Shown: positions 22,762 through 35,529, numbered from the whole stretch's first letter. The stretch is DNA of 63,093 nucleotides, filler included, from Globobulimina sp. (GCA_003354225.1; 25 parts of 25 records of this genome joined end to end with filler, not necessarily neighbours in it); one strand, 5' to 3'. Numbers and translations are program-made. The notes: generated by a model from the letters alone, not told the origin.

Positions 22762-25189
22762 CTTGCATTTCAAGCAGCACTTAACAGCTCTATTAATATG
22801 GAATGATGTGTTGATATTATTGAAACAAAACGATATCACCATTTCCTATCCATTGTTACTAAGTATTTATGGTCGATGTTCATTACAAAACGCACAAGAA
22901 ATATTTGACATTATTCCGCATCAACAGAAAGATATAATATCCGTTGGTTTGATGATGAAATATTACATTCAATACAATGAACCACAACAAACCTTGCAAT
23001 TATATGATGCAATAAAACATAGAGCTGACACAGACGACGCATGTTTTATATTGGCAGTAAAAGCTTGTATCAAATGTGGCAATTTTGAAAAAGGCAAAGA
23101 AATCCATAACACCATCAAGCAAAATGATAATATTCAAATAAAAACGAGTTTGATGGAATTCTACAATCATTTTGGTGAACGGAGTGTTGCTTTGAATATT
23201 TTCGAGTCAGTCAATCAAAATAAAATTGATATTGTCTGCATTTCGACGATGATGAAATGTTTTATTGATGGCGGACATTACCAAAACGCTTTGGATTTAT
23301 ATGATAATATACATAATCACAACAATAATAACATGAAAGGAGGCGACATTTGCGATGTATTGGCGATAAAAGCTGCTATCAATTTGCGTTTGTATGAGAA
23401 AGGAAAAATGATTCATGAAAATATCAAACTAAAAACCATCATAAGTGATAAAAAAATCCATTTGAAAAACATTTTAATTACTTTGTACGGAGAATGCGGA
23501 GACATTGAGACTGCCAAACAAATATTTTCCAGCATCGATCCACACAAAAGAGATATCGCAGTGATAAATGCCATGATGAAGGCCTATCTCAATGGTGATT
23601 ACAGCGGAGAAGCGCTAAAATTATACAATAAAATCTATAAATTTAATTCGAAAAAAATCAAAACCAATCACATTTCACATTTAATGGCGATCAAAGCCTG
23701 CAAAATGGCCAAAGATTATGAAAAAGGAAAGAAAATACATGACATTATTAATGATGAAAAGATTTCAAATATTCAGATTGTAACAGCACTGATTGATTTC
23801 TATGGCAATTGCAATGACATTGGGAGTGCATTGGATGTATTCAATGGCATTTCGAAGGAAGAGATAAATATAATTTGTATCAATGCGATGATGACCGCGT
23901 ATATTGAGAATGAAGAATATGAGAATGCGTTGAAATTATATGAAGCTACGGAGATGATTAAGGATAACACCTCGCACATATTGGCCATCAAAGCTTATAC
24001 AAATATATCGCAGTTTGGGAGTGGCAAAGAAATTCATTTGAAATATTTTCAAAGCAATAATAATATTCACATCAAAACCACTTTAATTGCGCTATACGGA
24101 CATTGCGGGGATATGTTAACTGCGAAAACATTGTACGACTCGATTGTGGATAATGAGAAAGATATTTATGTGATCGATACGATGATGGAAGCATTTTGTA
24201 ACAATGATATGAATACAGAGTGCATCGAGTTATATAAAAAGATAAATACAATAAATGCAGAGTTGTCTGCGGATTTAGTGTCTTATGTCACAGTCTTGAA
24301 AGCTTGCACAAATTCAACGAGTTTGTACTATGGACGCAAAATCCACAATGAATTGGTTGCAAATCTCGATGCGCAGCTATGGCGACACAAAAATATCCAA
24401 ATCCATTTGATAAATATGTATGGAAAGTGTGGTATGTTGCAATTTTGTGACGAAATATTGTCCGATATTCGCGAGCATGAACCGTTTAAATACTTTTCCG
24501 AGATCGGAATTTGGAATGCAATGATTTTAGCGCATGGAAGGAATGGTAGTTTGTCGAAAGCACTTTCTTTTTATAAATTTATCAGCGATGAAATGAGCAT
24601 CACTGCCAATCGAAAGACATTTATTTTATTGATTACAGCGTGCAGTCATTACGGCGATATTGAACAAGCAAAATATATTTGGGAGCATGAGATTTGTGAT
24701 GCGGACATCAAATATGACGAATATGTGATGAGTGCATTGGTTGATGGCATGGCCAGGAAAGGATTATTAACGGAGGCGATGGAGTTAGTGATTAAACATC
24801 ATTGCAGATGCAAAGTGATGTGGATGTCTCTGCTGTTTGGCTGCAGGAAATATGAGGATTACGACTTAGCGACGGAGATATTTGAAGAAATCCAGCAGAG
24901 ATTTGTCGATGATGCGAGTTTTATTACTTCGGCATCGATTTTGTTGTCTAATGTTATTGCATCTGGCCATTGCGGTGTTGGTGGAAGTGATTGTGATGGA
25001 TTTGCAGAGATTGACATTTATGGCAAATTGCATAGATTTGAGAATGAGGATCAGTTTGAAGGAAATAAGTATATTTATGACGAGTTAACAGCGAAATTGA
25101 ATGGATTGCATGTCTGTGTCGGTGGTGATTACAAAAAAGAAGAAATGATGGCAGTTATGTATGGTTTGATGAACACAGAAAACGACTAT
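22762..25189 (+). CDS. PLS-class pentatricopeptide repeat protein with E1/E2 motifs and degenerate DYW-like start, partial at both ends
   Basis: Repeating P-L-S triplets, P2-L2-S2 (IWNAMILAHGRNG / TFILLITACSHYG / ALVDGMARKGLLTEA), E1 WMSLLFGCR, E2 ILLSNVIA, GFAEIDIYGKLHRF and KEEMMAVMYGLMNT. Confidence 0.9.
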
Positions 25190-25334
25190 NNNNNNNNNNN
25201 NNNNNNNNNNNNNNNNNNNNNNNNNNNNNNNNNTTAATTAATTAANNNNNNNNNNNNNNNNNNNNNNNNNNNNNNNNNNNNNNNNNNNNAATATAACAAG
25301 ACAAAAATTATTACTCTGCACAGCTGTGTCTGAT

Positions 25335-26830
25335 TTATAATGGTAAACTTGAGATATCCATCAATCGTTTCTTGTTATTTGTATTATTCGCTACTTTGCC
25401 ATAATTTTGAAATGTTATATTGATATTAAAATTTCCCTTTGTTTTCCAATCCTGACCAACATCAAACATCTCATCATTTAAAACAACCCCAGTATTATCC
25501 GCAAATAACTGCGTATTATCAAATTGATGATTTGATACTATTTCTTGCTGTTTATACGAATCATTTACAATTAGTACGCCTGTGGCATTTAGTAATTGTT
25601 TAATATTTGAGTTCACATAAAATGCATTTGCATTTTCATTATCTTTCTGATCATTCTCTTCTTGATGGTTTTCAATAATTATATTTAAATTAAAATTACC
25701 GTATAATATCCAATCACGACCGACATCAAACATTTCATCATTTAAAACAAATCCATGATTATCTCTAAAAACTTGTGTATTATCAAACTCAATATTGCTG
25801 GAAACATTATTTGATTTATCAATATACCAAACATTTGGACATACGACACCATCACAAGCAACAGTCAACGTCGTTGTATTGCTATAAACAAATACATTCA
25901 TATTCTCACACGCTCTCTGTACATAACAATATACATTACATATTGACTCGTTTTTACATTTAATATTTCCCAAACTGCCACTTAAATCAGCAATAATTTC
26001 GGCAATAATTTCAGTATTTTTGATTGGATACTTATCTGAATGTGCATACACTTGTTTTGCATAAATAATTGAATTTGAACACGACAATTTGCCGGAACAA
26101 TTCATGATTTCTGCAGTGTATACAATACGATCCACTCCATCCGCACCACATGATTGCTCACCTTGTAGTTGTTATATGTTTATATAATATAAAATAATAC
26201 ATGTATTATATACAAATTACCTGAACATTCAACGTATTTTGCATGAACTGCCGCGTTTAAATTGTAACAGGATTTGAGTCCTTTGCAATATAAATTTCCA
26301 GGCGTTTTCACTCCGCTTGCAATCAACATACATGACTCAAATCCAACGCAATTTATCTTTGAATCGGATGTGTTTGCTAATAATAAATTTGCGGCGTAAC
26401 AGGATTTGTCGGAAATGCAATTAATTGAGCCATGGTTAGATGATGATATTAATTGTGAATGTGAACATGTTCCGGAATTGAAACAAAATATATTGCTTGC
26501 AATGATTTTTTGATTGGAACACTGTGTTGCATTCATGCAAAAACGAGAGTCAATAGATTCTGTATAATTAATATCGACATACATTGCTGCTACTTTTGCT
26601 TTCCTTGATGCTGCTTGCTGTGGATGCATACGCTCTCTATTTGATGCGGTATTATTCGACATTACTAATGCGAGAACTGTTGAAGCAATCACTATAACTA
26701 AACATAATAATAATGCAATAATCACTGATGTTATCTTTATTTTTTGCCTACATTTAGTTTCTGTATTATGAACGGATGGCAATCCAATTTCATTGTTTGC
26801 ACGAGATATGACCAATGCAGTGGTTTCCAT
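25335..26830 (-). CDS. Type II membrane protein with Cys repeats and a duplicated C-terminal motif, 2 exons
   Basis: N-terminal TM and C.G..SC repeats. Intron 26162-26220 is in frame. Two copies of FDNTQ.F.DN.G.VLNDEMFDVG.DW...GNFN.NI. Confidence 0.75.
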
Positions 26831-26863
26831 GTTATTCAGAAATGCTAAAAAAAAAACAATGAT

Positions 26864-27682
26864 TTGATGTTTGCTACAAAAAACAGTCCACTACTTACTT
26901 GCTTTGCCATAATGTCCAAAGTTCACACTGACTTTGCGGTTACCACAAATTATTTAATATTAATTGCAACTTTTCTTTGCATTATGGATTTATTCACCTT
27001 CTCAAACGGCTCAAACCAATACAGTAGCAATGGTATCGATTCCTGGAACTCAACAACAGACTTTGTGCCAATCCAAAACCAATCGTACGGAACACTCAAA
27101 TTAAAAACAGGTTTCCGGATGACTTTTGACATATTGTTCCATGACAAAACAGACAGTACAAACTGGGAAAACATATTCCGAATAGGCCACGCTGGCCATT
27201 CCTCCACCGATTACAACTGCGCTAAAAATGACCGATTCCCTGCCCTGTGGATCAACGCTGAGAGCAATTCATTTGTATTTGATGTATCAGACAAAACAAA
27301 CTGTTTCCGCCAATATGCTAATTTCATAATCTCACCACACACCTTCTACCATATAACAATCCAATACAACTCGTCCTGGCTCACAATCTCCATCAACAAC
27401 AATACCATCGCAAACGAAGCGCGTTCAGATCTCACAGAGACGCACAAATTAGGCACAGATATTTATATTTATATCTCCACCGTCACCTCCATCCCTGCCA
27501 ATGTTACCTTATCCAATATACGCATCATCACATACGACGACAACACCATAAATGCCTCCACCACGCACCCGCTCTCCTCCATATCTCCTACGCATACACC
27601 ATCACAATCCCCTACGTACGCACCCACCATATACCCAACAACCACGGCCACACTAGACTCAGCGTGCGCCACATCGGTTTAG
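26864..27682 (+). CDS. Secreted/surface protein with concanavalin-A/LamG-like beta-sandwich and PT repeats
   Basis: WENIFRIG, RFPALWI, YHITIQY....ISINN, then an SPT/PT stalk. The 3' end may be chimeric. Confidence 0.6.
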   Translation: MMFATKNSPLLTCFAIMSKVHTDFAVTTNYLILIATFLCIMDLFTFSNGSNQYSSNGIDSWNSTTDFVPIQNQSYGTLKLKTGFRMTFDILFHDKTDSTNWENIFRIGHAGHSSTDYNCAKNDRFPALWINAESNSFVFDVSDKTNCFRQYANFIISPHTFYHITIQYNSSWLTISINNNTIANEARSDLTETHKLGTDIYIYISTVTSIPANVTLSNIRIITYDDNTINASTTHPLSSISPTHTPSQSPTYAPTIYPTTTATLDSACATSV

Positions 27683-27817
27683 CGGGGTGTATCGCCCGCT
27701 CGGTCGCCTCGGTGTCTNNNNNNNNNNNNNNNNNNNNNNNNNNNNNNNNNNNNNNNNNNNNTTAATTAATTAANNNNNNNNNNNNNNNNNNNNNNNNNNN
27801 NNNNNNNNNNNNNNNNN

Positions 27818-28445
27818 CGGCTACAAAAATAAAAATGATTTGTTGCGCACTGTAAAGCAAAGGATGGTTAAATTAAACCAAATTGTTGAGAATGATGATA
27901 TTCCCATTATTTGTGGGTGCGGAGTGGATAAACAATTTGATGACTTATTGTTGTTGAGTCGAAATATGATTAGACAGTTTGATAAATCCACTCAAATTCG
28001 ACAATCAATCAAAAAACCAGAGATTTGGTGTAATGCGAATGGTGATGATGGCGACAGTGATGTGCCTCTATGGGGCAATGTTACGTGGTCAGATGAGGAG
28101 GACTTTATTGATGCGAATAAGAATAAGAATAATGTTGAATTTGTTCATTGTAAAACAAAAATTGAGCATCAAAGTGCCGCCAAACAATATTATGAGAAAT
28201 TTGATGCAAACAAAATCTATCGATTTGAGGATGAGTTTCAACAAACCACCAAACATTCCACTGCTACGCCATTTGTTCAATATGACACTTTTAAATTTGA
28301 GGATGAATCTGCAAAACAAATGAAAATAGCTCACAAAGATAATATTGATGACAACCAACAGGAACTGGCTCATATTTTCAATATTAATCAAAAAAATGGA
28401 AACAAGAAACATAAACAAATGGATAAGCTCAACAAGTTACGATGA
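27818..28445 (+). CDS. Hypothetical protein, 5' partial
   Basis: About 200-codon hydrophilic ORF; no family recognised. Confidence 0.5.
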
Positions 28446-28632
28446 TGATATAAACAAGCGCAGAAATTAAACATGATACACGTAACCTTTTTGTAGTAAT
28501 TTTAATTTTTTGGCAGTGGCATTCATAGCAATTTACAATCAGTTCGAAGAGTATTTTCATTTTGTATAAGATAGGAAAAATTTAAAATTATTAAATAAAA
28601 TAAATAGTAGTAAGTCATTAATAGATAATTTT

Positions 28633-30245
28633 TCATCGACTCTGAGCATCTTCCTCTTCAACCGATAGCTCTGCATTTTCATAATTCATAAATAACAATG
28701 CATCCAATTTATCCTTCTCTTGTTCATTAATATTAAGGTTATCATTCAAGTGATTCAACTTGTTATTATTCATTGTTTTGCAAATATTATTCAACCATTT
28801 AATAAATAATCCGACAGCATTTACCATTGGTTGCTCCACAACAAACCATAATATCAAAGCAACCACAAATGTAACAAACCAAATTCCGACAAATATAAAA
28901 AACACATACCAAAATGTATAATATTGCGGCATCGGTAAATCACCAATCCACCACATAAATATTATCAAATGTGTCAAATACATGCAATATGTCAATTTCC
29001 CGATTGGTTGCCATATTTCCGCTGATAATATAGTTTTAATCATGGAACTCCTTCCATTATTAAATGTGTTTCTAAATACAAATGCAAATGACATTAAACT
29101 GAGACCAACAGCCCAGGCTGGACGGGACAACGTATAATACCATTGATTGGATTCTATGGACCATCGTTGTTGTGGACCATTTTTAACATCAGAATAAGGC
29201 CAAAATACTAAACTTATTAACACAAATCCTAAGACAGACATAATTACAAAATAAGTTAGCTCCAATATCATAAAGTTCTTCCTTTTGATTTCTTGCAACA
29301 TTAATATTAAAAACATTGTAAATACACCAATAAAATACACAGCTGCTCTCGGAATGGGTTTAAAATAGGAATATTCAAACGATTTATCACTGTGTGCACT
29401 TGGATGAGCTGCGGGATATATTGAATTTGCAGGAAATTCATATTCCTTCGCAAAATAAATTCGCTTTGAAATTGATAAGAAAATGGGAATTAATGTAGTT
29501 AATAAACCAACAATTTTTTTCCATTGAAATAATAAAACTAAAAACGGCAACACTAAGAAAAATTGCATATCACATTGAATATACCATAAATGCACCATGC
29601 ATGACATTGCACTCTCGCCGCTCTCCAAATTGGCATAGAAAAATAATACTTTATACCAATTTTTATCACAGGAATCCGTGTTTGAGGTTCTATCCGTTAC
29701 ATGATAGCCATATGGTAATTGATCTAATATTTGCCATTGGATTGCTGTCACAAACATCATCATTGGCACAATACGCAAAATCCGGGTAATAAATGTCATG
29801 GGAATCCATAAAAAACATAATTTAGCTGCTTTGTCACCATATTGCTTCACTTGTTTTACGATTGAAAAAGTAGCTAAAAATCCACTGAGCCAAAAAAAGG
29901 AATCCACGGAATAGAAGGCATAGCTCGCTATCATCATATACCATGTATTAGACACATAATCATATGATTCACTTCCAATTATTGGCATTAATGAGGGTAA
30001 ATTTGATACGCCGGTACTCATAAAAAATATAAATGCATGTCCATATATTACCTTTTTTGTGCGCACGTAATAACATTAAATATATTATAAATTAAATAAC
30101 AAAAAAATAAATAAATACCCATGACATTGATCCGACTCTAATGCCATCCAAGAAATTAAACTGTGATTTGTTTGCAGGCCGTCTCCGACCAAAATAATTC
30201 CAAATATTTTGCACACTAAAACAATATAAATACGCTTGCAACATA
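28633..30245 (-). CDS. Acyltransferase-3 family, NRF-6 / O-acyltransferase-like, 5' partial
   Basis: FLDGIRVGSMSW|VIYGH across intron 30052-30118, SVDSFFWLSGFL, CMVHLWYIQCDMQFF, KLTYCMYLTH and VEQP. Confidence 0.9.
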
Positions 30246-30345
30246 NNNNNNNNNNNNNNNNNNNNNNNNNNNNNNNNNNNNNNNNNNNNTTAATTAATTA
30301 ANNNNNNNNNNNNNNNNNNNNNNNNNNNNNNNNNNNNNNNNNNNN

Positions 30346-32523
30346 GGCGTTTTTGTAAACCGTCTCAATTAATCATTTAAATTTTTAACAATATCGATTT
30401 CGGCCAATGTCAACGCATCGACCACCTCTTGAACCTCTACCTTTCTTTCCATATTTTGCATATTGGCGCCATTGTTACTCGCATCTCCTTCATCCATTTG
30501 TTTCTTTGTAATCGTAGCTTTCAATGCATTCACAATAGTTTTTCTACTCTGCCACATTTGCGTAGCTCTGGGTTTATTCAGTTTGGATGTATTATTATTA
30601 TCTAACAATTGCTTGCGTTCTTCCATTAATAATTGATACGTAATCCTCACATAAATAGAATGCAACAAAGATCTATGAACACCGGAAATATTTATCTCAA
30701 ACGAACTCGATTTCCAATCGACATATTTATCGTATAATTTGACGAATATTTTCTCAAAATCATTCTGATATTTCTCTATTATTTGACTCTGCGGAATTAA
30801 GTGAAAGGGAATATAGTCCAATATCTTATTATCGCCGTCATAGTGATTACTAACATTTGCTAAATGATGCGCGGTTAATTTGCGTGTTGTGGTTTGCTGC
30901 TCTTTTGCTTCAGAAACGACCTCAATTTTGAGCAATTGATCGAATTTCTCGTCGCTCTCTGACTGCGGTGTCTGCGGTGAAACTTTCTCGTTTTCCTCTT
31001 TGCTCTCGTTTTCTTGTTCAGGCACCGTCGTCGGCACTGTTTAACGTTTTTATTGTGCATTTCCAGTCGGATTTGTTCTTCTTATTTGTTTGTTGTGCAC
31101 TGCTGTACATACCAGACAATAGCAAATGTTTTCGTTGCTTTGAATACGTGCCAAGCCGTCTTGTGCCACTATTGAGTGAGCTGAGTGATTTTGAGCCAGA
31201 TATCCTGGCCTTGTTTTCAAGCGCCATCACCTGAACACTCTCAATAGCGGAGGTCGACTGTCTCGCCATCAGCAACAGCTGCGTCTCGATGTTGTTACAC
31301 TGTCTCTTAAATTGCTGCGATTCGAATAGAAACAGTGCATTTTCGATGCAATATTCTTTGGCTAAGTGTCGAATAAATAGCTTGAATGTATCGTCGTTTT
31401 TAAACACATGATTGAGTCTTATGTTGCTGCGGTACGTGCTGTACGGCGACGACTTACCATTTTGATGTTGCTGCGTATTGTAGGCCGACACGGACGCATT
31501 GGAACCGTTTGCGTGGTGGAAGGAGCGGGGCGACTTTGAGTGTGCGCTCATTGCGGAGGCGATTTCAGGCGTGGTGACGGGCGATGTGTTGCCGCTGTCG
31601 TAGCCAGAATGCGGCGTAGAATTACTGGTCACACTATATTTGTGAGTGGCATATGCAAAATCTATCTGGGCCTCTGGCTGTAAGATGATAAATAAAGTTT
31701 GGATGTAGCAAATGCAGAAGTATATAATGGAGGTAATGACAGATATTATCGTATAGCCGTACATTTGTACAACGTTTTGGTGTTTTTCATCCATAAATAT
31801 ATACAGCAATGAATGGACGGTGATGACTATGATGCCGATAAAGGATAAGATGACGTTCCATAACAATTCCTTGCGTAGTTTGATATTATCCAAAAAGGAG
31901 GTTAATTGCTTGAAGATGATGATTAAGGGAATAATGTGCAATATTAACACGAATATGATTAATATCTGTGCGATGTATATGGTGCTACTGCCAAATATCA
32001 ATACGATGCCTATGATGATGGTGTTCAGTATGGACATAAATACGGCGAATATAATGTATTGGAAACGTGGTTTGCCATATTTTTCGCGATTGTTGATGTA
32101 AAAATTATTGGTTTGTGTGTTGATGGCTTGCGACCATATTTGGTCCGCCATTGACGAGTTATAATTTAAGTCATAATAAACTTGGTAGAAACGGATGGAG
32201 AAATGCAGTGAGATGAGCAATAATGGCAATGCATTGAATAAAAAATGTGTTTCTAATGTGAGATTATTGTACGCTTTCCAGGTGTTTGAAAATTGGGTTA
32301 ATATTAATAATGTTGGTGAGTATATGGAGGAATATAATATTGTTAAAATGCAGCAAGTAATCACTAATTTTGGGCGACGACAGTAAATAAAGGGATGGTG
32401 AAGCCGTTGGCGATAGCGGTGGACTGAAAATATCAATAACGGCGTTAATAATGTGTATAACACCACCAACCACGCAATTACTAGCAAGTGAGGCAATTCA
32501 AAGCCGAAAGGTTTGTCAGCCAT
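30346..32523 (-). CDS. 7TM-RGS protein (regulator of G-protein signalling), 2 exons
   Basis: Seven TMs with RRPKLV. RGS motifs F..HLAKEYCIENALFL..QQFK, LYDKYV....FEINIS and LND*LRRF. Intron 31037-31112 joins the two ORFs. TAA at 30369-30371 sits inside the last RGS motif. Confidence 0.85.
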
Positions 32524-32979
32524 GCTTTAATTTTACAAATGAACTGTTCGAAGAAAAACGTTTTTGTTCATCATCAGTTAACAACACATTATCCAAATCA
32601 TTTGAATCTTCGTCATTTACATTTATGAGAATAATGAGATAAACGTACAAAAGCAATTTCAATCGGAAACAACAAAAACTGAACAAGATCAAAAAAAACA
32701 AAGCAATCGGAAACAACAAAATAATTAACACATCAAATAAACAAATATTACAATCTCTGAATGGTTAATGTANNNNNNNNNNNNNNNNNNNNNNNNNNNN
32801 NNNNNNNNNNNNNNNNTTAATTAATTAANNNNNNNNNNNNNNNNNNNNNNNNNNNNNNNNNNNNNNNNNNNNCATGCAATATTTGTATACAACAGAAACG
32901 TTCCGCATATTTTTTGCTAGTTTCCCTCAAATTTGTTTCTAGATCCATTGTATACAAATATTTCATATTTAAACTGATT

Positions 32980-33862
32980 TTAATGAGCAAAAGTGTATAA
33001 AATACCGTCTTCAATTCCACCCTCAGGAAGAGTTGGACTTGGACTTGGACTCAATGTTGGATTTTTTGTTGGGTTTGTGGTTGGATATTTTGTTGGACTC
33101 AATGTCGGATTCGCTGTCTGCAGTGTTGGCTTATTGCTGGGTGGCAATGTTGGAACAATGGTGGGATTTAATGTAGGTTCAAATGTTGGATACATGGTTG
33201 GATTATTTGTAGGGAATGTGGTTGGTACTGGAGTTGGATTAGTAGTCGGCGATGGAGTCGGTGGTGAAGTGGTTGAATAATATACAATTCCATTCCAGAT
33301 ACGTGGTGTAAAGGGAGTAGTTGTCCAATCCCCCAGACCTACTCCAATGTAAATAGCAATATTCGAATCATTGACATAAAGCAGTCCTTCTGAGCCATCA
33401 ACGCCATTCGTATATCGCACGCTGGACGCTATCACAATTGAATCCGACATTTGATCATATTCTACGTCGCAAAATGAGTATATACATACGTTCACTGCTT
33501 GTAATATAAAAAGCTTGTGTTGAACCTCCAGAAATGGCAACTGTGCTCTGTAAGGTTGACAGTTGAGTGGCAATTCCATTGCCAGCAGGGATGACGGATT
33601 GAGAGTGAATTCGTGTCCAATATGTAGCAGTATTGGTGAATCCAACATATGTACCGGATTTTGTGTAAATAGTGACTGTAATATTAATTGCTGTCAATGC
33701 TATACAATGAATAGCAAAACGTTGAATGAATATAGGCGTCGATCCTATATTTCTCACATCAAACATATTGCCATTTGACGCGTTGTCGTCTATAAATGTT
33801 GTAGTCAGCATGGAGCCTTTGATTGTCTTCATCAACAGAAGCAATATTACTAAAGTTGCCAT
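32980..33862 (-). CDS. Secreted/surface protein with GNMFD..PR.WNG beta domain and PT-repeat stalk, at least 2 exons
   Basis: Signal peptide from ATG 33862. Intron 33429-33489 joins the ORFs in frame. PT repeats at about 33030-33270. Confidence 0.75.
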
Positions 33863-33970
33863 TGTTTGTGAATTATTAATTTTTAAAGTTTTCGAGTGTT
33901 GTGTACTAAACACAATGTCAAAAGGTATTTTTTGTTGTTGTTTGTGATTGAGTTATGACATATTGTCGAA

Positions 33971-35299
33971 TTGATAAACAACACAACATATTTAGTGACA
34001 ATCAAGATCCATATTAATCAAGATTTAGAGAGGACAGAGAATTTCGACACAAGTCTAGATCGTTCAGCATTTATTGACATCAATCGCGACGATGTAGAAC
34101 TCCAAACATTAACAGAAGATATACCACGTCTATTTAGAGAATACAAAGACATCAAATCAACCATCAGACATAAAAACTATTCAATTCATTATTACAGTTA
34201 TACAGAAGGCGATGTTGAGATTGATAACAACGATGATTTAATCACATATATTGATGTTATATTTCCAGAACCAACGAGTGATGAAGAAAGCGACGACAAC
34301 AAATACATCGATATCAGAGCTGTATTCAAACAGAGAAAGAAGCAAAACAATGACGCAAATAACGAAAATAACATTGAATGCATTCCAGGCAAACCAGATT
34401 TTGTATACAAACAAGCAAAAACGAGAAAAAACCCACCGGCAAATCCAAACAACAACTTTATAAATGACGTGTATCCACAGAACATGAAACAAAAACGTCG
34501 ATATAACAGTTGCAGAAATAGAGGAATTGAGTGTGTTAAATTGGATATATTGCCGTATCGATGGCAGTTACGAGTGGATATAAAAGATGAAGGCGTTAAT
34601 TTGCAATTAAATGAAAATGACAATGAGCTGGAATATGATAATGATGTAAAGGACGATAATATGTATTATTGGAAAAATCAAAGCATTCAACAGTCATTTT
34701 ATTATGAACAGCGATTCAATAAAAATGGAAAAACGTTTCTGGATAAAACATCATTTTCTGATTCTTTCCATACTGTGCGAAGGAAAACAGTTTAGTAATT
34801 TTCAATTTTTAATTGTATGGTTTTTGTGAGCATATAATATTATATATTTTGTAGAGATTTGAGGGAAGAATACTTAAAGTATCTAAGCAGAGAGGATTTG
34901 GTTATTTAACTCCAAATTATCCGCAGAAAGATGATAGAAATTATGGTGTTTTTTTCCATTTCGAACAAGCATTTCCGGAACAATTTTATCACAGAAATTG
35001 TATTATTGAATGTGAGAGAGGATGGAAGGTGTCATTTGAACTCAGAATGTTTAATAAAATCAAAAATAGTCATAAATATAAGAAGAGCAGTTATCGCGGA
35101 ATTAATTTGAAGATTTTATCAAAAGAAAATGCATTGCATTCACCATTGCACATAATATCTGATCAAATGTCCGAATTTGAAAGAAAAAATGAAGAAGAAT
35201 TTATTAATGAGAATGCGGGGAGGTTTACCGGCGAAGTTGTAAAGGTTTTGGCGGATAAACTCGATGGTTATGTGAAAGATACACAATTTGGACTACTGA
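33971..35299 (+). CDS. Protein with PB1-like N-terminal motif and cold-shock (OB-fold)-like domains, 2 exons, 3' partial
   Basis: IHYYSYTEGDVEIDNNDDL. After intron 34790-34854: FEGRILKVSKQRGFGYL...VFFHF (RNP1/RNP2-like), then a second RFTGEVVKV...GYV. Confidence 0.65.
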
Positions 35300-35399
35300 N
35301 NNNNNNNNNNNNNNNNNNNNNNNNNNNNNNNNNNNNNNNNNNNTTAATTAATTAANNNNNNNNNNNNNNNNNNNNNNNNNNNNNNNNNNNNNNNNNNNN

Positions 35400-35529
35400 G
35401 TAAAATTTTCCTTTTTTATTCTTACCATTGGAACTTTTTACTTTGCCAATATATCGAATAATGCCTTTCAATCCATCCTTTAATTCCACAGCTGCACCTA
35501 TTGTGAACTTGTCATCATTCTTAGGCATA
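35400..35529 (-). CDS. CAP-Gly-like domain protein, N-terminal fragment
   Basis: FTIGAAVELKDGLKGIIRYIGKV.......FY running into the contig edge. Confidence 0.6.

Noticed and set aside
30369-30371. Stop-codon reassignment (TAA as sense)
   Set aside because: Only one case. Long genes are open in the standard code, and TAA ends genes at sensible places, for example after SKL at 47515.
31018-31112. Programmed frameshift between the two RGS ORFs
   Set aside because: Explained by a GTATGT..AACAG intron at 31037-31112.
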